From: Torpedo marmorata
Lineage: Eukaryota
Length of the DNA stretch: 64,000 nt
NCBI GenBank assembly: GCA_977017645.1
Contig: OZ360237.1
Span: 19,158,001 to 19,222,000, forward strand
Direction: 5' to 3'
Both the position numbers and the translations under genes were made by a program. Shown piece by piece: positions 26,289 to 37,591 of the stretch. The notes under the pieces were generated by a model that saw nothing but the letters and a program-made list of their open reading frames with translations, ran no database searches and had not been told where the DNA came from. Position 1 is the first letter of the stretch, and each line of letters starts with the position of its first letter.

Positions 26289-26387
26289 ACAGTTCAAAAC
26301 ATACTGGGGTTGAAGGTTAATTGGGTGAAATTGGGCGGCATGGGCTCATGGAGCAAGGGCCTGTTACCGCGCTGTATGTCTAAATTT
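26147..26387 (+). mobile_element. V-SINE (HE1-like)
   Basis: Box A TAGCGTAGCGG, box B GGTTCGAATCC, V-domain and tail. Confidence 0.9.
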
Positions 26388-26450
26388 AATTTTTTTTTAA
26401 ATTAAAATTTAAATGTTCTTGTAGGTTACTTATTCACCAGTAATATTCAC

Positions 26451-27926
26451 CAAATATGCTTGATCTTGCTGGTCTATTTGTGGTTCAGCTGAGCCCCTCA
26501 TCATTAAAGGTACCTCAGCCTTGACATCACAACTTTTAAGAACTAGATTTTCCTATTATTTATGCTTGAGAAAGTCAGACCTGGTCTCTGAGAGCATAAA
26601 TGCAGTTCTAATGACACTGGTAATGCAATATCGATTAAGAACTCTAACCCAGAAAGTGTTATCACTAAAAACATTTTAGTAAAATCTTCTGCCCCATCTG
26701 AAGTCCTTTATCCCAAAATGTGACACCAAAATTTGGATGCAATGCTCCATTTGTGACAAGACCCAAGTTTTATAGGTAACTTATTCACTAGTTTAGTACT
26801 AGTGAATTTGCGATTTAGTCAAGCAATTAACCCATTCAAATGTATCTCTGGATGAACCAGTCACTGTCTGAATTGGCCTTTCTTCTAAATAATCTTTACA
26901 TATTACAGTAAAGTTAATTTTAGCTTGAAAGGTATATTAATGGAGTCCACTGTAAATAGCCCATCCATCTTTCTGAACTTCAACCATTCAGGAATTCTGC
27001 TGTTCTGGTCTTTTCATACACTCACTTCTCCATTGTTAAGTCTAAGCTTTGGAAGTTACCTTCCAAAATGTCTCCACTTCTCCACTGAAGTCTGCCTTGC
27101 CTCTTCCTTTGACTTGGTGTAAGTTTTGAATGACTTTGTTGTAGTGAAGCACTTCAGGACAATTTGCAATGTTAAAATTATTTTAAGAATGCAAGCTGTA
27201 TTTGTCTTCTTTCTATTTACTACAGAGCATATTAATATTATTTTAAAATTTGAATCAAGCTATCATTGCTACTCTTGTACTCTCTAGATAGGATGCCTGT
27301 TTGTATTTTGAGTTTTACATCCATACCGCGTTTGTCATTGCATGTGTTTGATACCAAGGTTATTTAATACCTGTACTGATAAAAATATCTTTATAGTGAT
27401 ATTCGATGATGTCGAATATAGTACATTATTATTAGATTGCATTGGTAGCTTGAAACAGCAATTTCAGACAACTTTTATAAATTATTACCATAAACAGTGC
27501 TAGATTGACATTTATTGCCAGCTAAATTGACATTGTCTGATGTGCATGTATAAATATCGTATATCCCCTTCTTGAGATTTGCAAATTATTTTAACAGGCC
27601 AAATCTTGCCAGAAAATATAATGGCATGTTCAAGCCACAAGCTGTTTTTGATGTGCAAATTGGTCAGCAAGTTCTTTCATTTAAAATGTATGTTACAAGC
27701 TGCAAATATGCTTGAACTTGCTGGTCAATTTATGTGGTACAGTTGTGCCCCACATTATTAAAGGCACTTCAGCCTAGGCTTCACAATTTTTAAGAATTAG
27801 ATTTTCCTATTAAATATGCCTGAGAAAGTCAGGCCAGGTATCTGAGAGCATAAATGCAGGTCTAATAACATTGGTTATGCAATATCGATTAAGAACTCTC
27901 ACCCAGAGAGTGTTATCACTAAAAAC
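26451..27926 (+). repeat. ~222-bp imperfect direct repeat (26451-26672 and 27703-27926)
   Basis: Manual alignment gives about 26 substitutions and one 2-bp indel. No TE hallmarks recognised. Confidence 0.85.
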
Positions 27927-29377
27927 TCTCAACAGGTCTGTCAGAATATATGGAATAAGGTGCTTTGTGATCTTCCCTAAAGGAAATATCTCTCATGATT
28001 GACACAGACATGTGCTGTTATGATTCAGTTACTTGACATTTCTGTAATGATTCACCTTCATACTTGGTATTAACTTGTATGTGCGATTGAGCATTGACAT
28101 TGATACCTTACCTGTATATTTTCTAAGACCTTCTATCTTGTGCTGACATCTTGCACAGTAAAATGTGCAGTGGACTCATTAACCAGTCAGAGTTGGAAAA
28201 TAGTATTCTTGCATCTGATTCAGTTTACAGCTCACACAATTGTCACCTTTTCTTGTCCTTAATTTGTGAAGCGAGGTCATAAGTAACTAACTAATCAATC
28301 ACACAATGTACTTTTAATGAGTCACCACCAGTACACTTTACGAAGCAGGGCTATTTATGATTTGTCCACAGGTTTAAAAAATTTGCTAAGCCACAAGAGA
28401 TCTGCAGATATTTGCAGTCATATTTCTATGGGTTTAAAAACAATATTTTAATCTTATTGTAGACTATTATATACATTAAGATAGTATTGTTTCACATTTT
28501 GCTGTTTGAGGGGCTATAAGGCAGTAATTTCCTTAAGGCAGGTGGGGATTATTGATTGACTAACCCAGTGAGTCTCAATCTTTTTCCACCCACAGTCCAT
28601 GGTGTTCCTTTCCTTACCATTGATCACCTATAACAAACCTATGGGCTATCGGTGGGGTCAATGAGCTGGTGAGCTCTAGCCCCTTCCCAGACCACAGGGG
28701 ATATTTGTTTTGGTTTGGTAGGAAAGATTTTGATAGTTTTCTTATTTTTGCCATCAAATTTGCAACCATTTTTATTTTATCAGTGGTATTTGTCTTCACA
28801 TGCTGTCACAGACTATCAAGAACAAACTCGTGGATCACCAATAGTCCATGGATCACAGGCTGTGAAATACTGAACTAACCAGTATTCTAAAGAGCATTTC
28901 ACTCTGTGGATACTAGAAAATACAGTCCTTTGAAATGTTTTTTTTTTAAATCAACTGTATGCTTTATTTTGCGATGTTGGTTCCAAGAATTTTGGCTTTT
29001 TTGCGTTTGGCTAGGCAAATGATAATAAAGGGATGTTGTCAATTGTAATTGATATGGGAGTTGGTTTACTTATGCTTAATATTTAATTAAAATATTATTA
29101 ATTCAGAAACAAAACATATATTAAAATATGTTTCATGGAATATGTTGGAACAGGAAATATTCACACAATACTATTGGCCTGCATCTCCTACTGAAATTCT
29201 GACAGTTCTATGCTCTTTTATCTTAATGAAATTTGGAAATTCAGAATCCCGTGTGCAAATGGTGGTCCCAAATTTACATACAGCTGGTCACCAGTGATAT
29301 CCAATGGGGAGTATGAATAATTGTATATTTCCCAACACGTGTGCTGGTAAATATGCCTGCAGAACCACCACGTGAGA

Positions 29378-29820
29378 AGATTCAAGATTCCTTTGTCATG
29401 TAATAAAACAGAAAATATACTATGACACAAAATTTCCTTTAGTCCGCCGTAAGGCAGTCAAAGAGTCACCATTAGTATTGCCTGGCACCCCTTACAGTAA
29501 GTGAAAGAGAAGCAAAAGAGAGTCCCTTCAGAGACATGAATGACCGTGGATTCACCTCCAGCACTCCCGCAGCCTCTACAGCCGCACAGACCCCTGTTCT
29601 ATCCATTGGCAACCCAAGCTCCAGATCCAAACCTCAGACACAATCAGGAAGCCTTCTGCGCCCAAAGCCCTTTGGGAGCCCTTCTTGCCCTCAGCACCCT
29701 CTCGAATCCCGGTTCCGATACCTGGTTCCCATGAGGCAGTCTCCAACAGCCCGCAGCCTGTGTGGATCCTTTGACCACAAGTCACCAACGGCCCGCAGCC
29801 TGTGTGGATTCTTCAGTACA
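29378..29820 (-). mobile_element. Non-LTR element fragment sharing its 3' tail with the 5S-derived SINE
   Basis: On -: CTGTAAGGGGTGCCAGG…GACTGCCTTACGGCGGAC…ATTACATGACAAAGGAATCTTGAATC, similar to 13081-13200. Confidence 0.6.
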
Positions 29821-30423
29821 ATATGCAGTACAAGTCAAATAAATTGATTAATTTGAATGGAGGAGAATAGCAGTGAGGGGAAAAGGCATTTAGGAATTCA
29901 ATTTTTTCAATGGTGTTGACAGTTTGTGAGCCTAGGTCTGTAATTTATTACAGAGATTAGGAAGACCAAGTGCTGCACTGGACCTTGTTGAACAGCTGGG
30001 TCTGGCTCACGTGCCAAGTAAGAGTAAGTTTAGCCACCTGGAAAATGGTGAATGTGGGTGTTCAACATTCAGTGTACAATCCAATTCATTGTGTCATGAA
30101 ACACCATCAACTGGTTGGACAACTTTTGATAAAATCTGAATAAAAACCATGCCAAACTGCTGCATATCTGATTTTGTCGCAACCTTCTGATGCCAGTAAT
30201 TCCTTTAATTAATTCTGTATAAAATAATTTTAAAATGCATTAGTTTTGTACATGCACTAATTAGGTTGCCTTTAACCAATTGTTGATTTGGTTCTGAAAT
30301 ATATCTACCTTTTGTTATATTTGTGTTATCTTTCACAGACAAAAGGGTTTGGTGCATCATAAAAGAGCAGAAATCGTCACTACTTTAGTTTGTGTTTTTG
30401 ACTTTTCTCTCTTATTTTTTTAG

Positions 30424-30509
30424 GTGGAAAGGGAGATTGCCATCCTGAAGTTAATAGAACATCCACACGTTTTAAAGCTACACGACGTCTATGAAAATAA
30501 AAAATATTT
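30424..30509 (+). CDS. BRSK2: Internal coding exon of a BRSK/SAD serine/threonine kinase (kinase subdomains III-IV)
   Basis: Pyrimidine tract and AG acceptor (…ttatttttttag|GTG), then 86 bp encoding VEREIAILKLIEHPHVLKLHDVYENKKY(L), then a gtaggt donor. The peptide matches vertebrate BRSK1/BRSK2 as recalled; the paralog cannot be resolved from this exon. No neighbouring exons were found in the window. Confidence 0.9.
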
Positions 30510-31136
30510 GTAGGTATATGTTTAGTATATAACTGCATATATATTGTGCTGATTCATTTTTCTTTATTCACAGTGAATTGGTTTGTAATGAATATTGTTG
30601 TTCACCATTTGCAACTTATTGTATATGCAAGCAATCAAAAGAAATTCATTGTAACTAAAATCCTCTCTTTTAAATGGGGTGCATAATGTTGCAGAGCTGG
30701 ATGTAAAGATTTGAGTTTCCCATGTTTTGGTCTGAGGTCAGTGAGTGTGTGTTCTGCTCACAGAAACAGGAATCAATGGAATATGTAAATTATATGAGGA
30801 GTAAACACAGTGGATTATTTTATCATCCTTTGACATCCAAGGGCTGTCTTAAAATGCACCTCAAGTGTTTGAGATGTAAGTAAATGTGCTTAGATGACAT
30901 TTTTTGTGTTATGTTATCTATCCACATTACAAAACTGTTTATAATTTTCCATCACATTAGCTTTCACACATGGAGAGATTCAAAGGATGACTAGCCTGTG
31001 AAAAAGAAACCTATGACAAAATAGAGAGCCTCATCTGATTTCACTTAAAGTGAACTGATGGATTTGGCACTGAGTGTAAAGGTTCCCTCCCTGATGAACC
31101 TGAGAAAGGAAAAAAAAATCTACCCAGTAAATGAAT

Positions 31137-31158
31137 ATGTGTGTGTGTGTGTGTGTGT
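31137..31158 (+). repeat. (GT)n microsatellite
   Basis: About 11 TG units. Confidence 0.9.
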
Positions 31159-31349
31159 TTCTTACTTGATTAAGAAAGCACGAGTTTAGATTAGCTTGGA
31201 AGTGTCTGCAAGCAACTATCAATCCTGGAGAGTTCTTTTGCAGTGGACCCTCTCCATGGTGCTGAATTATAGCGCTCATTCCTAATGGTACTATCGGGAG
31301 TCATTATCTTACAGTATGATGACATCAAACACCCAGTTACATTAACCTC

Positions 31350-32871
31350 TTTTTTTTTAAATATTTTATTTAAAAATTTTAAATCACAAAATACATAAAA
31401 TGGAATATAAAATTATCAAATTATTTGTGATACAATTTCACCCCCCCTCCCTCCCTCCCCTCCCCAACCCTCCCAACCCCACTAATCTAATAAAAATAAA
31501 AATAGAAAAAGAAGAAGTAAAAGAAAGAAAAAGATAGAGTAAGGGGAATGTCAATCTATAAACTAATTCTATTATGGAGGTCAAGTGTGCCAGCAGATCC
31601 GATATCTAGAGATCTTCAAATCCTTAAACCAACAGCTTTCATATATGGGCTCCAAATTTTTAAAAAGAAATAATATTTATTACGTAAATTATAAGTAATT
31701 TTTTCAAGTGGTATACATGAACGAAGTTCTGCATGCCATCTTTCTAATCCTAAATCTAAATCAGATTTCCAAGTAATAGCAATGCACTTCTTTGAAACAG
31801 CTAATGCAATTCGCAAAAATTCTATCTGATACATATTTAATTTCATCCTAATACTAAATTTTCTAATATCTCCAAACAAAAATATCATAGGATCCATTGG
31901 AAATGTAATCTTAAATACTTTATCTAAAAAGATTTTTAACTTTCAACCAAAAATCATAAACTTTTGGACAAAACCATGTACAATGTACAAAAGACCCTTC
32001 CTCTTTATTACATCTAAAACATAAACCTGATAATGTCGGATTAAATTTCTTTAATTTTTTAGGTGTTAAATATAATTGATGAAAAAAATTATATTGTACT
32101 AATCTATATCTAACATTAATAATCTTCGTCATACTTAATTTACATAATTCTTTCCAATGATTTTCATTTATTCTTACATTCAAATCTAATTCCCATTTTA
32201 ATCTTGATTTATGCAAACCTACTTTTGGCATTTTCCTCTGAAACAATTTATACATTTGAGAAATAAATTTATTAACATCTCCATTAGTAACTAATAATTC
32301 TAATTCATTTTGTCTTGGTAAAATCAAAGCATAACCTAATTTCTCAATCAGAAAAGCTCTAATTTGATAATAAGCAAAAAGTGTATTATCTAATATATTA
32401 AATTTATCTTTCATTCTTTGAAACGTAATAAATTTCCCAGCTTCAAAACAATCACTAATTTTCTTAATTCCTTTTTGAAACCAAATTTTAAATAATTGAT
32501 TATTAATAGTAAATGGAATAAGTCCATTTTGATATAAAGGCATCCTTGGAGAAATCAATCCTTTTCCTCCTATTTCCTTATCCGTCTTATTCCATATTTC
32601 TAACAAATGTTTAAAAATAGGCGAATTTTTCTTTCTTGTTGATATTAATTTAGAATCCCATTTATAAATAATTTCTTCTTTAGCGTCATCACCTATATTA
32701 TTTAATTCTATTTTAATCCAAGCAGGAGGTTTAGTTAAGTCAAAAAATTCATTAACAAATTTTAATTGAGCTGCTTTATAATAATTTTGAAAATTAGGAA
32801 GTTGCAAGCCACCCATTTCATAATTCCAAGTTAATTTTTCCATACCTACTCTTGCTAACTTTCCTTTCCAG
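31350..32871 (-). mobile_element. 5'-truncated L1 LINE
   Basis: ORF2 C-terminus (GGLQLPNFQNYYKAAQ, CFRC…HCTWFC zinc knuckle), G-rich 3' UTR, poly(A), and 10-bp TSD CATTAACCTC (31340-31349 and 32872-32881). Confidence 0.93.
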
Positions 32872-33876
32872 CATTAACCTCATTTTATCCTTCTCACGTT
32901 TATTTCACCCCCCACCAGATTCTACCTCTTACTAAAGGCCATTTAAAATGGTTGCCTGATTAACCTATGAACTTGCACATATTTGTGATGTTGGAGGAAA
33001 CAGCAGTGCCTGGAGGAAAAAATAAGAATGTGGAATCTCCATACGGACAGCACCTGACATCAGGATTGACCCTGAGTCACTGGAAAAGTGAGGCAGTGGC
33101 TCCAACAACTGCAGCTTCGTGCTGCCATCAAAGTTTTAGACAGATTTTGATTTTCCAAAATTTGCAAGCTGCTATTGTGATCTACATTGAGAAACGTGTT
33201 ACCGCATTAAAGACATGAGGAGATTTAAAAATGATCTGACACTACCATCTACCTCTCTGTTAAAATTATGTGCTGTCTTTGGGTTCCTGATCTGTGGTGC
33301 ACCTATTGTTTTAGCAACCATTTTTTCCTGTTTCTCAGAACTAAAATCTGTAAAAATGTTTGTAGTGTAGTTTTTGATAATTTGATACAGTCCCTCAATA
33401 AAGCAGTAAGTGACAGATTTGGGACATTGATCCATCATGCAACAATCTCCTGATCTCATTCATGTTGTCATTGGAGCATGTCAAATGGAAAAGCTTTCTC
33501 CTTGCATAATTCACCCTGTCCCCAAGCAGTTTTTGCAGAAGCCTATAGATCATGTACCACATCCCGTGTTGTGTTCCATGTTTGGAGAAGGAAGTACTAT
33601 TGAAAAGAAAAGGATTCTATCCCTCCTAAGAAGATACATTACTTTTGCAACCAGATGGTCCAGTGCATTACAGTCTGTTTTCTGTTTCCTTGTTCAAGGG
33701 AAGAAAACAAAGGGCAAGAAATTATGTGCAAGTTAGTTTAGCATCAATTATTTGCAACGTGTTAGAGTCAATAATTAAATAAGAAATAACTGATCATTTG
33801 GAAATCTTAATCTAATCAAACCAATTCAATATGGTTTTGTATGCAAATCATGTCTGACAACTTTGAGGAACTGCAA

Positions 33877-34122
33877 GGGGGCGGCACAGTTAGCGTAGCA
33901 GTTAGCGCAATGCTCTTACAGCGCCAGCAACTGGGGTTCGAATCCCGCACTGTCTGTTCAGAGTTTGTACGTTCTCCCTGTGTCTGCGTGGATTTCCTCC
34001 GGGTGCTCCGGTTTCCTCCCACCATTCAAAACGTACAGGAGGTTGTAGGTCAATTGGGTGTAATTGGGCGGCACGGGCTCGTGGGCCGGAATGGCCTGTT
34101 ATCGTGCTGTATGTCTAAATTT
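33877..34122 (+). mobile_element. V-SINE (HE1-like)
   Basis: Full tRNA head, V-domain and tail. Confidence 0.9.
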
Positions 34123-35897
34123 AAGAGTAGAAAAGGGAGATGTAGATTTGGTGTATTTGGACTTCTAAAAGGCATTTGACAAGCTGCGACATGAAAGGCC
34201 AATGCATAAGATAAGAGATTGTAATAGATGGAAGTGTACTAGCATGTTTTGAAAATTGATTATCGTAAAGTGTTGGAATAAATGTTTTTTGTCAGGTTAT
34301 GCAGAGTATTACTAGTGTAACCCAGTGATCGGTTTTTGGCCATCAGTTGTTTACTACGTATATTAATTACCTGGAGGAAGGGACAGAATGTAAGATATCC
34401 AAGTTTGCCACCACATGAAAATTGTTGGTAGAGCAAGTTGTGATGGGCAGAGGGGGTATTGTGACTAGGCAATGGATTTCAGATTCCCAGTATCTGCAGT
34501 TGTTTTTTTGTTTTAAATCACACCCTATTTGTGTGAGATTGGTACTGTGCTTTTAAGAACATCTTTTGAACCAATCAAAAAGCAGCATATGAAGTTTTCC
34601 CATACTGTATTCGAGACTGGCAAATCCTTCACCTGAGGCTTTTCACCATGGTATTGAATGTTGACTCTTGTTCAGAATCACACTGGGAGCTTTAAACAAA
34701 ATCTGTTTATATTTGTTTGGATAAAACAAGTACATAGAAATGCATTGATTTCACAACATGAAATTTTATCATCTACCCTACATGGGCTCTTGCTTTCCAT
34801 TTAAAAAAAGTATTTTTATTATATTTACCTAGCTTCCTTCTTTATTCCACTTGGCCTTTTTAGCATTTATAAAATTTTACATTGAATGTTGATGCGTGTT
34901 CTGATTTGGTTACTAATCGTAAAAATGATTTCAATAGTTTTACATCCTTCTGTGCGTCCCTACCTCTGTTCAAAACTATTTTCAATAAATCATGTATGCT
35001 TCGTCTTTGTTCCTAACCCTTTGACAACTGGAAAATCTATTTCTATATGCCGTGTCACATCTTTTTCCATCTTCAAAAGCTTCAATTCTATCGCATTGCA
35101 GTATCTTGTTCAAGCAGAAAAATAGCCAATTACTCATCTTCCTTCATATTTTTATTTCCTTCAGACCGATCTGAACTGAGGCCTTATTAAGGTTTTTTTA
35201 TTAACTTGTCACTGGCTCTTGGCTTTTGTATTCTATGGGTCCTATAGATAAAGCCTATAGTGTTATTAGCTGTTAGAAATCTTATCAACCTTTGATGCCG
35301 TTTTCATTTTGATGCCACATATTCAATGATCCTACATACACAAGCCCCAAAGCACCAGATCTACTTCAACTTAATTGGTAACCATTCACTGATACTGAAT
35401 TTCATCAGTCAATCACCCATCTTTTCCTCATCTCTTTGATGTTTTCATTTATTTTCTAAAAAAATCGTTGCCATTTTATATCTTTTCCTCAGGTAACATT
35501 TGGAAATTTTATTGTGTAAATTAATATATGGACAACAGTGTGAAGTGGCCTTAGAATAGAATCTTGTGGGATATTTCTATTCACTTACAATCACTCTGGG
35601 GAAAAAAAATCATCTTTCACTCCAACTTTGTTTATCCTCTTCTATCTACATTTCTTTATCCAGTTTCGTAACATCTTCTTAAAGCCATATCCTTTAATAT
35701 TTTGTCTGAAGTCCACAATTGGACACAACACTTCCACTTGTATCTTGTTGCTTACTTCTAAGGTTTGTCATGATTAATTGCTTTTGGTCTGTGCTATCTT
35801 TAAATAATAATGCAGTTATTTCATTCTTGTCTCTGTTATGGACATTAAACTGACTGGTTTGTGATTGCGTGTGTTAGATCAACCTCTCATTTTAATA

Positions 35898-36633
35898 CAG
35901 TATAATCCCCGGTATCTGGCACCTACGGGGATCACAGATGCCGGATATGCGAATTTTCCAGTTGACTGAGACACACTCTTACAATGCCTAACTAATACAC
36001 CTGCATTGAGAATAAACAGTTTAAAAGACAGTGTAAAATGTAAAGTAATTTGAAAAAAAATGAGTACTGTAGTCCTTAGTAATGTAAACTTCACTTTAAT
36101 CAGGTAATTCCCATAACTTAGAAAATTTAAATTTAAACTCGAACCCCGGTCACTGGCGCTGTAACAGCGTTGCGCTAACCGCTATTCTAACCGTGCTGCC
36201 GTCATAATTAACTCCCCCTCCCCCAAGTTTACAGATAAAGCCTTACTAATATACTTAATATAGACTCTTACTAGGCAGGGATAGGGAGACACTTTGGGAG
36301 AGTCGTCCCAGTGACGAGCGGCATCAGCCGGCTCTTCATCCTGGGTGACGCCATTTTATTCAAACACAACTTTATTGAAACTTTATTCAAACAGCTGCTG
36401 CGGGCGTGGCACGACCGGGGCGCTTCGCTGACTGAATGTTTGCTCCCATCTTCACCAAGAGTTTGTTGTTGCTTTGGAGAACATTTACTTTTACAATTTT
36501 AAACTTTTATTTAATTTTTTATTTATTCTTAATTAATTTAAATTTATTTGTTTATTTATTTCCTCGATTTTTTTTTTTTGCTGGTTGGTTGAGTTGCCGG
36601 TTGTTTGAATTCCGGATACCGGGGACTTTACTG
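35898..36633. mobile_element. Tigger/Tc1-mariner-type MITE containing a V-SINE fragment (~36139-36200)
   Basis: TIRs CAGTATAATCCCCGGTATCTGG and CAGTAAAGTCCCCGGTATCCGG, flanked by TA. Confidence 0.8.
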
Positions 36634-37267
36634 TACATAGCTTTACTTTGACTAACCACAAGTTTTCCTGTGCATCTTTGCCCTCAATATACCGGTAGTC
36701 TTGTGATATTGTCCCTCGGCAATATACTTTGCTCTTGCAAAATCCTTTATAATCTTGGAATATTTAATTCCTCATACGCTGTCTGGATTGGCTATTGACA
36801 AAATGGTGCTCAGAATTTTAAATGCTTCATATTTCAGGATGGGCATTCCTTACCAAGATGAATGTAAAAATTCATTGGCATGAATAAGTGGCTTTACTTT
36901 GTGGTCTGGGCACTGAAGTCAGAGAAGTTTAGTACCAATGTTATTGTTAAAATAGGAATGTTCATTTGAATTGTAGTTTTTTTTAACATTCAGGGTTATG
37001 CAAAATCTACTTACCGTAACATTTTCAGTATAATTTCAATTCATCTTTGGCAACATGTAACAGAACCTAATATTAAATTTTGCACAATTTCTCATTGAAT
37101 AAAAATATCTGCAGGAGATACCAAAAATTGGATTTTTTTGTTGGTTACTTCTGCATTGTTCTTGCTGTTGAATGAGGAAGCACTTTTGATTTCATATTAA
37201 ATGTTCAGATCCTTAAGCAGTATGAATTCCATCACGTTTTGCTTTCTGAAGCAGCTGAGCTCAGTTG

Positions 37268-37550
37268 CCCCTCCCCCTCCCCGTTTGCTGCTGTGCCCTC
37301 CCTCCCTCATCACCTATTACCTCCTGCCTGTGGGTCTGTGCTCGTCCCCCTGCACCTCCCCCACCCCCACCATTTTGTTCAGGCGCCTGCCTACATTTTG
37401 CTTATACCTTGATGAAGGGTTCAAGCCTGAAATATTGGTTATGTATCTTTTTCTTTGCTATATAATGTACATTGTTTGACCTGCTGAGTTTCTCCAGCAT
37501 TGTTTTTTTTACTTCAATTACTGTGACTGCAGATTTTGGTGTCTTACTAC
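37268..37550 (+). mobile_element. Penelope pLTR copy with degenerate hammerhead (~37403-37442)
   Basis: ATACCTTGATGAAGGGTTCAAGCCTGAAATATTGGTTAT, followed by the family 3' segment. Confidence 0.75.
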
Positions 37551-37591
37551 ATGTACTGATGATGCAGCTTCGTGTTTTGAAGAAGCACGAT

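Noticed and set aside
28565-28875. Possible hAT-like MITE (CAGTG…TACTG ends)
   Set aside because: Termini too degenerate and no clear TSD.
35095-35125. cag|TATCTTGTT (YLV…) as the next BRSK exon
   Set aside because: Wrong phase, and it reads YLVQAEK-stop rather than YLVLEHVSGGELF.
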